55,304 nucleotides of DNA from Thiotrichales bacterium 35-46-9 (GTDB lineage: Bacteria; Pseudomonadota; Gammaproteobacteria; Thiomicrospirales; Thiomicrospiraceae). Location of the stretch: positions 1 through 55,304 of the forward strand of contig NCFI01000001.1 of the NCBI GenBank assembly GCA_002281095.1, given 5' to 3'. The notes below the pieces were generated by a model that did not search any database, was not told the DNA's origin, and worked only from the letters and a program-made list of their open reading frames with translations. The position numbers and the translations under genes were made by a program. Below are positions 9,464 to 18,274 of this stretch, in pieces. The stretch's first letter is position 1, and every line of letters begins with the position of its first letter.

Positions 9464-11554
9464 TTACCCTTTATAGCGCCAACAACTCACCTGATTTACT
9501 TTGACCTGATAGTGACGCGCATCATCGCGCCACACACTCGGCAAATCGATTGGCGGCTCAATCAACTCAAAATGAGCTGCCAGAAGCTGCGAAATCGTGT
9601 CAAAACTAGCCACATTTTCACCATCCTGTTTATAACCGCCCAAACGCTCGGTTACATCAGTTCGCTGTGCGTCATAACCATAGTGGCTGCTGATTACCAG
9701 CAAACCGTCCGCGTTCAAACGTTGATGAATGGTCAACAAAAAAGCACTGGGTTGCGCTAAAACCTCCAGCGTTTGATTCAGCACAATCACATCATAGCCA
9801 CTGAAAAGCGGTTTTAGATTGTTCGGGTCTTGCTGTAAAAAAGTTAAGTTATCCGAATTCGTTAATCCGAATTCTGTCAAACTATGCTCAACAAAGTCGG
9901 GAATTTCACCTTCAACTGACAGACGGTAACGAATACGCCCTTCCGTCTGTAACTGATTAGCGACACGAATAAAACGTGCTGAAAAATCCAGCCCTGTCAC
10001 TTGTTCTGCCTGAGTCGCTAACACAAATGACGTACGCCCCACCGAACAGCCAATTTCCAACACCTTACCTAATTTTGGTTGAACGCCAATCACCTTATCA
10101 GCCAGAACTTGCGCATAATTCTGAATACCCAGTAGTGACTGACCATAATGCAACTCGCAAGCTTGCACCACATCCGTGTCCGTTTCTACTGGACTAAAAT
10201 GGGTGATAACAGGAGCATCGCTGGCAATGTAGCGGAATCCTGCATGTTGGAAAAAATGGCGGCGAAAGGCATAACGTGAATGCAAATTGGCTTCATTACC
10301 GCTAGAAATCCACGACCCCCCTTTGAAGATATTGTGTTTATTATCAAAGGTTGGCGTCGTGAAATCATCATAGAAAGGATGAACCTTAAAACCGTCAAAC
10401 GGATAAATCGGTGTTTCAGTCCACTGCCAAACATTACCGACAATATCATAAACACCGCAAAAATCATTAGCATCGACGGGAGTAGAAGAAGCCCATTGCT
10501 CCAAATTCAAATTCGCGCCGATACCAATAGCAGAATCCGAATCGGGCAAGCTACACTGGGCACGCAAATGCAAATACTCATCTTCACTTGGCAAACGGAT
10601 AGGCTCGCCAGTTTGTTCCGCTTTCCAGTTACAAAATGCTTTCGCCTCTAAGTAGTTCACTTCCACCGGCCAAGACCAAGGCATGGCAATCTCTTCACTC
10701 ATGGTTCTCAGCCAATAGCCATCATCACGCTTGAGCCAAAAGCTCGGCATCGTCGCTTGACTGAACGACAACCAGCCCTGTCCTTCCTCTGTCCAATAAC
10801 TTGGTGTGTGATAGCCACCCGCTTGAACAAACTCAAGAAATTCCTGATTCGACACCAACATAGTTGCTGCTTTAAAAGACGCAACTTCAGCTTGATGCGC
10901 GCCATATTCGTTATCCCAACCATAAACATTGGCAGGATCTTGATGATCAATCACCACTCGACCTGCTGGCACATTAAACCAACCATTGACCGGTACGGGG
11001 GTTTGTTGATGTGGACACAAAGGAAAGCTCGCATGGGGTTGAACAGCACTAATCGGTAATTGTCGAATCAGTACCGATGACGTTTCTAAATGAATACGCT
11101 CATGCTCAATACCCATCAAAATAGGCCATACTGGATTGTGCCAATTCATAGGGAATTGAATATCAATGCGATCAATTAATGCCAATATCGTCGCTTTAAC
11201 TTGGTTACGATATTCACGCACAGCCTCAACTGTCGGCCAATCATAATGAGCATCGTTCAAATCATCCCACGACATCTCATCGACACCAATGGCGAACATC
11301 GATTCAAAAGTGGGATTAATACGATCTACTAACTTTGCCAGCACCAGTTTATTCATAAAAAAAGTCGCGGTATGGCCAAAATAAAAGATCAGCGGATGAC
11401 GCAAAGAACAAGGGCGATCATAATAACTGGCATCGTCACGAATGACTTCAAACAAACGCTCATACAAACGACAAGTTTGATCAAAGTAATCGCGCAATTG
11501 CTGGCGGAACAACAGAGAATCTTGTGCCTGCAAACAGAATTTTGGATAGCTCAT
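9464..11554 (-). CDS. ovoA: 5-histidylcysteine sulfoxide synthase / 4-mercaptohistidine N1-methyltransferase (ovothiol biosynthesis, OvoA)
   Basis: 696 aa with the three-part OvoA architecture. DinB-like N-domain with an HERIHLE (Hx3HxE) iron motif. Central FGE-sulfatase-like domain (GNVWQWT, FKGGSWIS). C-terminal class I SAM methyltransferase (VLEIGCSVGRTS). Confidence 0.85.
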   Translation of the reverse strand: MSYPKFCLQAQDSLLFRQQLRDYFDQTCRLYERLFEVIRDDASYYDRPCSLRHPLIFYFGHTATFFMNKLVLAKLVDRINPTFESMFAIGVDEMSWDDLNDAHYDWPTVEAVREYRNQVKATILALIDRIDIQFPMNWHNPVWPILMGIEHERIHLETSSVLIRQLPISAVQPHASFPLCPHQQTPVPVNGWFNVPAGRVVIDHQDPANVYGWDNEYGAHQAEVASFKAATMLVSNQEFLEFVQAGGYHTPSYWTEEGQGWLSFSQATMPSFWLKRDDGYWLRTMSEEIAMPWSWPVEVNYLEAKAFCNWKAEQTGEPIRLPSEDEYLHLRAQCSLPDSDSAIGIGANLNLEQWASSTPVDANDFCGVYDIVGNVWQWTETPIYPFDGFKVHPFYDDFTTPTFDNKHNIFKGGSWISSGNEANLHSRYAFRRHFFQHAGFRYIASDAPVITHFSPVETDTDVVQACELHYGQSLLGIQNYAQVLADKVIGVQPKLGKVLEIGCSVGRTSFVLATQAEQVTGLDFSARFIRVANQLQTEGRIRYRLSVEGEIPDFVEHSLTEFGLTNSDNLTFLQQDPNNLKPLFSGYDVIVLNQTLEVLAQPSAFLLTIHQRLNADGLLVISSHYGYDAQRTDVTERLGGYKQDGENVASFDTISQLLAAHFELIEPPIDLPSVWRDDARHYQVKVNQVSCWRYKG

Positions 11555-11650
11555 GACCAGTGATGTATCGGCAACCTATAGACAAACCTTATGCAAAGGT
11601 CGAACAATATGACTTATTATACTTAACAATCACTAAACAAAAAGACTTTT

Positions 11651-12391
11651 ATGCACAACAAACAGCAACATTATTCCGCATTGGCAGAAAACTTTGATCA
11701 AGTATGGCAATTCAGCCCAGATTATGAAGTTTGGATGGTTGCCCAAATACAAACTCATTTAGCCTTGAAACCGCATGAACACTGGGTTGATTTTGGCGCA
11801 GGCACGGGACGATTTAGCTTGGCAATTCATCGACATGCACAGCCCTCCTCTACGCTATGTGTCGAGCCCGATGCCTCCATGTGGGCAATTGCTCAACAAA
11901 AGACAGAACTGAATAGCCTACAAGCCTGTGACCAATCCTTTGTCCAACAGGCCATTCACTACGACGCACTATTAGTCAAAGAAGTCATTCATCATCTCAG
12001 TGACAGAACCGCATTCTGGCAAGGCGTGAAACGCCAACTAACGGCTAATGGCCGTATTTTGCTCATCACACGCCCACAACAAACCACTCTCGCCTTGTTT
12101 CAACAAGCAAAAGCCCGCTTTGCACAACACCAACCCAGCATTGACTTGTTATCTACTGAATTGCAGACCGCCGGTTTTGAAACGGATATTTCAGTGATTG
12201 ACTTCCCCTTACGTCAAAGTAAATCTCACTGGTACAGCATGCTCAGAGCAAAATTCATGTCCGATTTAGCGCCGTTTAGTGCCATCGAAATTGAAACAGG
12301 CATTGCTGAATTAGAAACAGAACACCCTAATGAATGGATTGATCACGGGGATCGTTTATTGTTTGTCGTAGCACGCCCTAAGGCCAACTGA
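11651..12391 (+). CDS. Class I SAM-dependent methyltransferase (substrate unknown)
   Basis: 246 aa with motif I VDFGAGTGRFS and a downstream acidic-loop pattern. Divergent from ovoA. Confidence 0.7.
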   Translation: MHNKQQHYSALAENFDQVWQFSPDYEVWMVAQIQTHLALKPHEHWVDFGAGTGRFSLAIHRHAQPSSTLCVEPDASMWAIAQQKTELNSLQACDQSFVQQAIHYDALLVKEVIHHLSDRTAFWQGVKRQLTANGRILLITRPQQTTLALFQQAKARFAQHQPSIDLLSTELQTAGFETDISVIDFPLRQSKSHWYSMLRAKFMSDLAPFSAIEIETGIAELETEHPNEWIDHGDRLLFVVARPKAN

Positions 12392-12438
12392 GTAATTTGT
12401 GTTACAATTCGTCGTATTTACCCTTACGCGAAAGCAGC

Positions 12439-12852
12439 ATGAGCAAAGACGTTGACACCAACCTACCTTGGCTAGAAGCCATTGTGTGGGATGAAAAAGG
12501 ACTATTGAACACCATCGCTCAAGACGCTGATAGCGGCGATATTTTGATGGTAGCATGGATGAATCGCGAATCACTTCAGCTCACCCTAGCTAAAGGCGAA
12601 GCTGTCTACTGGTCACGTTCGCGTAATCGACTGTGGCATAAAGGTGAAGAGTCTGGCAATACACAACAAATTGTTGATATACGTCTCGACTGCGACGGTG
12701 ATGTGATGTTACTAAAGGTTCGTCAAAATGGCGGCATTGCTTGCCATACGGGACGAAAAAGCTGTTTCTATCTTGGGCTGAATGCTGAAACACAACGCTG
12801 GCAAGCCATTGACCCTGTACTAAAAGATCCGAAGGAACTCTATGGAAAATAA
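12439..12852 (+). CDS. hisI: Phosphoribosyl-AMP cyclohydrolase
   Basis: Typical HisI pattern: GLLNTIAQDADSGDILMVAWMNRESL...WSRSRNRLWHKGEESGN...DCDGD...CHTG. ATG 12439 chosen. Confidence 0.9.
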   Translation: MSKDVDTNLPWLEAIVWDEKGLLNTIAQDADSGDILMVAWMNRESLQLTLAKGEAVYWSRSRNRLWHKGEESGNTQQIVDIRLDCDGDVMLLKVRQNGGIACHTGRKSCFYLGLNAETQRWQAIDPVLKDPKELYGK

Positions 12853-13174
12853 TGCCTTAGTACTGGCTGAATTAGCGCGCATTATTGAAAGCCGCAAAAA
12901 CGAAGACGTCAAGTCGTCTTATGTTGCCAGCCTATTTAGCAAGGGAACCGACAAAATCTGCGGTAAAATGGCCGAAGAGTGTATGGAAACGGGGCTCGCT
13001 GCTAAAATGGACGATAAATCAGAAATCGTCTACGAAATGGCGGACTTATGGTTCCATTGCATGGTATTATTAGCGCACCATAATATTGACCACGACCAGG
13101 TTCTACAAGAACTCGCCCGACGTTTTGGCGTCTCGGGGCACGTGGAGAAAGCCAACCGCACAACCACCGCTTAA
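12842..13174 (+). CDS. hisE: Phosphoribosyl-ATP pyrophosphatase
   Basis: 110 aa, with the SYVASLFSKGTDKICGKMAEE...EMADLWFH HisE pattern. Overlaps the hisI end. Confidence 0.9.
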   Translation: MENNALVLAELARIIESRKNEDVKSSYVASLFSKGTDKICGKMAEECMETGLAAKMDDKSEIVYEMADLWFHCMVLLAHHNIDHDQVLQELARRFGVSGHVEKANRTTTA

Positions 13175-13211
13175 GCCAGCGGGTTTGTGACTAACCTTGG
13201 GGAACTAAACC

Positions 13212-13526
13212 ATGAGTACAATTTTTGGTAAAATTATCCGCCGCGAAGTTCCAGCGGATATCGTGTATGAAGATGATAGAGTGCTTGTTTTCAAAGATAT
13301 CAACCCTCGCGCACGCGTGCACTTGCTGATTATTCCGAAAAAGGAAATCGCCAGCATGTTTGATGTCAAGCCCGAAGATAAGGATCTCATTGCTCATATG
13401 ATGTTATTGTTGCCACAGTTAGCTAAAGCGCATGGCTTAGATAACGGCTTCAAAACACAAATTCATACGGGTGAAGCGGGTGGACAAGAAGTTTATCACC
13501 TTCATATACATTTATTAGGCAACTAA
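13212..13526 (+). CDS. HIT-family (HinT-like) nucleotide phosphoramidase
   Basis: 104 aa: [19 protein letters not shown]...[13 protein letters not shown] histidine-triad motif. Confidence 0.85.
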   Translation: MSTIFGKIIRREVPADIVYEDDRVLVFKDINPRARVHLLIIPKKEIASMFDVKPEDKDLIAHMMLLLPQLAKAHGLDNGFKTQIHTGEAGGQEVYHLHIHLLGN

Positions 13527-13543
13527 CAAAAAGGAAATTAATC

Positions 13544-13849
13544 ATGGGATTAAGCATTTGGCATCTGTTACTGGTTTTAGCGATTGTATTGGTACTCTTC
13601 GGCGCAAAGCGTTTACGTAATGTTGGTGGTGATTTAGGTGCCGCCATTAAAGGCTTTAAAGATGCGGTCACTGATGGTAAAAAAGAAGGTGAAACCCCAG
13701 CAGCAGGTAATGTGTATGATGCACAAGTAGCGCCAACACAAGCACCTCAGCCCATTACTCAACAGTCAGCAACAGCACAACCTCAAGCAACGGTTGCGCC
13801 TCAAGCTGCTCAGCCAGCGCCAACACAAGCACCACACAACCACGCGTAA
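13544..13849 (+). CDS. tatA: Twin-arginine translocase subunit TatA with extended Q/A/P-rich tail
   Basis: [39 protein letters not shown] is the canonical TatA/E N-terminus. The C-terminal roughly 50 aa are low-complexity AQP-rich. Confidence 0.9.
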   Translation: MGLSIWHLLLVLAIVLVLFGAKRLRNVGGDLGAAIKGFKDAVTDGKKEGETPAAGNVYDAQVAPTQAPQPITQQSATAQPQATVAPQAAQPAPTQAPHNHA

Positions 13850-13888
13850 TGCTGGTTGCTTGTGTTAACAGCTTTTAAGGTCGCTTGA

Positions 13889-14467
13889 GTGTTTGAACTA
13901 GCCTTTTCAGAATTGTTACTGGTGCTGATCATCGCCTTGGTGGTGATCGGTCCGGAAAGACTTCCTGAAGTGGCTCGTGGCCTCGGTAGCATGGTCGGCA
14001 AAGTAAAGCGTTTTGTTGAAAACGTGCGTAACGAAACAAGCCTGCAAGACGAGTTAGCTGATTTACGTCGTCAACTAGACTTATCAAAAGAAGCCGCGCA
14101 ACTACAACAACTGGGTGAAACCCTTAAGTCAGACATTCAATCCAGTGTTAACGAAATTGATTACTCTTTCTATAATCGCCCAAGTAGCGATGAAATTCGC
14201 CGCCAGCACAACGAAGCCAATCAGGCTAATACAAATGCGCATTTAGATGGAAAGAGCCCTGATGCCAAACAGGAAACAGATGAACTAGCCAACATTCAAC
14301 GACCGACATTTGGACGCGAGTTGTATGAAGAGTTACCGCCTTGGTATCATCAACAATCTGATGGCGCTATGACACCAAAAGTACCTAGCGCACCTGAGTT
14401 ACCATTATCTGCAGATCAAGCCTCCGTTAGTGAAGCCATCCCGAGTACGACAGCTAAAACCTCATGA
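13889..14467 (+). CDS. tatB: Twin-arginine translocase subunit TatB
   Basis: GTG start. MFELAFSELLLVLIIALVVIGPERLPEVARGLG is the TatB signature. Positioned between tatA and tatC. Confidence 0.85.
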   Translation: MFELAFSELLLVLIIALVVIGPERLPEVARGLGSMVGKVKRFVENVRNETSLQDELADLRRQLDLSKEAAQLQQLGETLKSDIQSSVNEIDYSFYNRPSSDEIRRQHNEANQANTNAHLDGKSPDAKQETDELANIQRPTFGRELYEELPPWYHQQSDGAMTPKVPSAPELPLSADQASVSEAIPSTTAKTS

Positions 14468-15597
14468 GTACAGAAAATACCGTTAAGCCAACCGAACAGG
14501 AAATGTCCCTGATTGGTCATCTGTTGGAACTAAGAGATCGTCTTGTTAGAGCTGTCATTGCTATTATTGTCGTATTTCTGGTACTTTTTCCCTTTGCTAA
14601 TGACATTTACAGCTTTATCGCTGAACCACTAACGCGCTATCTCCCCGAAGGCAGTAGCATGATGGCGATTGGTGTTATTTCACCCTTCTTAACGCCGTTA
14701 AAATTGGCCTTAATTGCGTCGATTTTCTTATCCATGCCATTTTTACTGTACCAAGTATGGGGATTTATTGCCCCTGCGCTTTACCACAATGAAAAACGCC
14801 TCGCTGCACCTATGTTAATTGCCAGCACTTTCTTGTTTTATGCTGGCGGTGCTTTTGTCTTCTTCGTTGTTTTCCCCCTTGTTTTCAAGTTTATGGCGGG
14901 AACAACACCCGATGGCGTACAAATTGGTACCGACATCCAACTTTACTTAGACTTTGTGATTGGTATGTTCTTCGCTTTTGGCTTAGCCTTCCAAGTGCCA
15001 GTAGTGACGGTATTATTATTAGTAACGCGCATGGTCAGTCCAGAAAAAATGCGTCACGCCCGTCCTTATGTGATTGTTGGTGCTTTTTCCATTGCTGCTT
15101 TTATTACACCTCCCGATGTAATTTCACAAACGCTGCTCGCTGTCCCTATGTGGTTTATGTATGAGGGTGGATTGTGGTTTGGTGAACGTATGGTTAAAAA
15201 TCGTGATGCCGAGAAAGCAGCTCAAGAAGCCAATGACAACACCCCCCCAACGCCACCTGAAGGTAGCACGCCTGCCAGCACAACCTCAGCTGAAAACCCG
15301 ATCACAACCAGTGCTGTTGCTGGAGCTGGCGTCATAGCAGCAACCACTGCCAGCGCTAGAGAAGCAGCGACCGCCAATGCGCAATCGTCAACAGAAGTGG
15401 CTCATTCAACTGCCACAGCATCGTCTGATGCGGTGTTAGAAAACGCCTTAAATAGTGACGAAGATTTTGAGCGTGCTTTTGCTGCCATTGATATGGAACG
15501 TGCTAAATTACACGCACCATTAGAGCCGACTCAAGTAGCCGATGCACCTAGCGCAGAAACAGACAAAACCAGCACAACAAGCAACGCATCAACCTAG
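14464..15597 (+). CDS. tatC: Twin-arginine translocase subunit TatC with a C-terminal low-complexity extension of about 130 aa
   Basis: MSLIGHLLELRDRL..., six TM helices and the FITPPD motif. The first roughly 245 aa look like ordinary TatC. Residues from about 246 to 377 are A/T/S-rich. Confidence 0.9.
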   Translation: MSTENTVKPTEQEMSLIGHLLELRDRLVRAVIAIIVVFLVLFPFANDIYSFIAEPLTRYLPEGSSMMAIGVISPFLTPLKLALIASIFLSMPFLLYQVWGFIAPALYHNEKRLAAPMLIASTFLFYAGGAFVFFVVFPLVFKFMAGTTPDGVQIGTDIQLYLDFVIGMFFAFGLAFQVPVVTVLLLVTRMVSPEKMRHARPYVIVGAFSIAAFITPPDVISQTLLAVPMWFMYEGGLWFGERMVKNRDAEKAAQEANDNTPPTPPEGSTPASTTSAENPITTSAVAGAGVIAATTASAREAATANAQSSTEVAHSTATASSDAVLENALNSDEDFERAFAAIDMERAKLHAPLEPTQVADAPSAETDKTSTTSNAST

Positions 15598-15604
15598 TCA
15601 ATGA

Positions 15605-15633
15605 TTGACGAGTCGATGCGCCATTTTTATAAT
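15605..15633 (+). promoter_or_regulatory. Candidate sigma70 promoter of rpoH (TTGACG-N17-TATAAT)
   Basis: TTGACG at 15605-15610 and TATAAT at 15628-15633, exactly 17 nt apart and 35 nt upstream of the rpoH ATG. A strong AGGGAGGG SD follows. Confidence 0.5.
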
Positions 15634-15668
15634 CATAGGATTAATAACTTACAGGGAGGGAGATTGAG

Positions 15669-16544
15669 ATGAACACCAACAGCCAAAATCTACCAAGCAT
15701 TGCCAAAAGCATTGCCCTTGCCGATCCTAGCCATGACCTGAATGGTTATTTGCGCCTCATTCGTTCTTTACCGCTGCTCAGTGCCGAAGAAGAAATGGAG
15801 TTAGCGCGCCGCTACCATGAACACCAAGACTTACGTGCTGCCGAACAACTCGTGCTGTTTAACCTACGTCATGTAGTACCCATTGTGCGCTCCTATAAGG
15901 GCTATGGACTGCCTGAGGCAGACCTGTTACAGGAAGGTAGCATTGGCTTGATGAAAGCGGTGAAACGCTTCGATATTGGTGCTGGCGTACGCCTCATGAC
16001 TTTCGCCTCACACTGGATTCGTGCCGAAATCAACGAATACATCCTGAAAAACTGGCGCATGGTTAAAATCGCGACCACCAAAGCACAACGTAAACTGTTT
16101 TTCAAACTGCGTAGTCACAAAGACAGCCTAGACGCCGTCAATCATACGCAAGCCCTGCGTATTGCCCATGAACTCGGCGTCAAACCCGAAGAAGTCTTAG
16201 CAATGGATGCACGTCTCTCTCTACCGGACGTGTCTGTTGCCACGCCAACGGATAATGACGAAGAAGATCAACCGCAGCTGACCCTAGTAGATAGCCGTTA
16301 CATTCCCGAAGACATGGCGATTGAAGCTGAAGAAGAGCAACTTACCTACAGCCGCGTGCATGAAGCATTAGCAACGCTGAGTGAGCGTGAACAGGCTATC
16401 GTTGAAGCGCGTTTATTACGTGAAGATAAAGCGACATTGGCCGAACTGGCAGAACAATTTGGTGTTTCCTTAGAGCGGGTACGCCAAATCGAAAGCGCAG
16501 CATTGAAAAAGCTCAAAACACATTTATCAGTGCTGGTTGCTTAA
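15669..16544 (+). CDS. rpoH: RNA polymerase sigma-32 (heat-shock sigma factor)
   Basis: 291 aa with the RpoH box QRKLFFKLR, region 2 QEGSIGLMKAVKRFD and a region 4 HTH. Confidence 0.93.
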   Translation: MNTNSQNLPSIAKSIALADPSHDLNGYLRLIRSLPLLSAEEEMELARRYHEHQDLRAAEQLVLFNLRHVVPIVRSYKGYGLPEADLLQEGSIGLMKAVKRFDIGAGVRLMTFASHWIRAEINEYILKNWRMVKIATTKAQRKLFFKLRSHKDSLDAVNHTQALRIAHELGVKPEEVLAMDARLSLPDVSVATPTDNDEEDQPQLTLVDSRYIPEDMAIEAEEEQLTYSRVHEALATLSEREQAIVEARLLREDKATLAELAEQFGVSLERVRQIESAALKKLKTHLSVLVA

Positions 16545-16563
16545 CCGCACCGATAATGCCATC

Positions 16564-17475
16564 TCATCCCTGCCAACGCTTAATGGCACTGATGGGGATG
16601 GACGCTGTCTGCGGTAAGTTCCGCTCTGTTGAGCCTTTATGCTCAGCAATGAAAGCATGGGCATAAACCACTTCAAAGGTAGCAGGAATACGACCATCAG
16701 ACATGACGTGTTGGGCATAAGCCGCTAAAAACGCTTGCCACTTAGCTTTACCCATCAATCCCTTTTGACGCTGACCGCTGGCATTGGTTGCGCCTATCGC
16801 TTTAAGATCTTTCAACGCCGCTGGTGCGTCGGCATAGGTCAGCGTGATGTGCTCAACATCACATACAGGGTCACTAAAACCCGCGCGTCCCAACGCATCG
16901 CCTAAGTCGTGCAAATCGGCAAAATTGAGCGTGTGTTCAGCGGTTTCGCCATCGACTTGTTGCCATGCCAAGCGAATTTCTTTCAAGGTATCTGGACCCA
17001 AACTAGCCATAAACAGCACGCCATTCGGCTTTAATACGCGCCGACATTCTGCCAGTACGCTGGGTAAATCATCGCACCATTGCAACATCAAGCTCGATAC
17101 CAACATATCCATACTATTGTCTGCAAAAGGTAACTGATAGGCGTCGGCATTGACAAAAGCCACGCCTGGCTCAGAATGGAACGGATTCAGCTTTTGCCAC
17201 CATGCAGGCCTAGGAGCAAGCTTGGCACGGCACTGTTGCAACATGCTTTCGGATAAGTCCACCGCTACCAACTGCGCCTGAGCATAATAACTGCGCAAAT
17301 GCTGCGATAAAAAACCCGTGCCAGCACCTAAATCCATCACCTGTTGCGGCTGGATTTTCAGTAACGGCCAGCGTTCTGCTAAACGACTGGCGACCTCTTG
17401 TTGCAGCACGGCCGCCGCATCATAGGTTTGCGCGGCACGGCTAAAATGTTGCGCCACCGCACGACGGTCAATCAT
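16564..17475 (-). CDS. bioC: Malonyl-ACP O-methyltransferase
   Basis: MIDRRAVAQHFSRAAQTYDAAAVLQ...MDLGAGTGFLS pattern of BioC. ATG 17475 overlaps the bioH stop by 8 nt. Position in the bioBFHC cluster agrees. Confidence 0.85.
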   Translation of the reverse strand: MIDRRAVAQHFSRAAQTYDAAAVLQQEVASRLAERWPLLKIQPQQVMDLGAGTGFLSQHLRSYYAQAQLVAVDLSESMLQQCRAKLAPRPAWWQKLNPFHSEPGVAFVNADAYQLPFADNSMDMLVSSLMLQWCDDLPSVLAECRRVLKPNGVLFMASLGPDTLKEIRLAWQQVDGETAEHTLNFADLHDLGDALGRAGFSDPVCDVEHITLTYADAPAALKDLKAIGATNASGQRQKGLMGKAKWQAFLAAYAQHVMSDGRIPATFEVVYAHAFIAEHKGSTERNLPQTASIPISAIKRWQG

Positions 17476-18274
17476 GAGCCTTTCCTTGTAAAAATGAAAT
17501 AATGGCTTCTGCCGTGACACAGGGTTGGGCAAGAAAAGGTAAATGTCCCGAAGCCGCAATCAACTGACAACTTGCCTGTGGCTGCCAGTGTGCAATCTCC
17601 GCCATCAAGCTGCTGGGCACAATGGCATCGGCATCGGCAAACAACCAGAGAGTTGGCAAAGTCAAATCGGCTAACTGGTGACGCATATCGAGCGTTTGCA
17701 GTAACCACAATCCTTGACGCAACGACAGCTGATGTCCTGACATCACCTGATTCATTAACGGAAGCAACTGTTTAATCAGTTGTTTGGGTTGCTGACTGCC
17801 GAGTGCTTGCAAGGAAAAAAACGATTTTAACAACTGCTGTGTCTGTTGCATCACTTCGGTTAAATAACGCGCAAACAAGGGTTTTTCTAACGCGGGCAAC
17901 CAATCTTCACGCTGCACAAAGCAGGGGCTACTGGCCATTAACACCAATGAGGCCACTCGTTGCGGATATCGCCAAGCGATCTGTTGCGCCAGCAATCCAC
18001 CCAATGACCAACCGACCAGAATAGCACGCTCTGGCAAAGCTGCAACAATGGCATCCACCCAGCCATCCAATAGCGCATCATCTGACCATGACGCCTGAGG
18101 ACTCTGTCCATGACCCGGTAAGTCGATTAAGGTGATGCGATAACCGACAAAATGACGTTCAATCCAAGATCGCCACAGCGCACTATTTGCCCCCCAGCCA
18201 TGCAGAAATACCAGCTCTGGCCCCTGACCAAATTCTTCACTCGCTAAACGCACGCCCCCTCCTCTCGCTGACAC
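17468..18274 (-). CDS. bioH: Pimeloyl-ACP methyl ester carboxylesterase
   Basis: Alpha/beta hydrolase with LVFLHGWG and the nucleophile elbow GWSLGG. Lies between bioF and bioC. The start is uncertain: 18274, or GTG at 18253. Confidence 0.8.
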   Translation of the reverse strand: MSARGGGVRLASEEFGQGPELVFLHGWGANSALWRSWIERHFVGYRITLIDLPGHGQSPQASWSDDALLDGWVDAIVAALPERAILVGWSLGGLLAQQIAWRYPQRVASLVLMASSPCFVQREDWLPALEKPLFARYLTEVMQQTQQLLKSFFSLQALGSQQPKQLIKQLLPLMNQVMSGHQLSLRQGLWLLQTLDMRHQLADLTLPTLWLFADADAIVPSSLMAEIAHWQPQASCQLIAASGHLPFLAQPCVTAEAIISFLQGKAHD

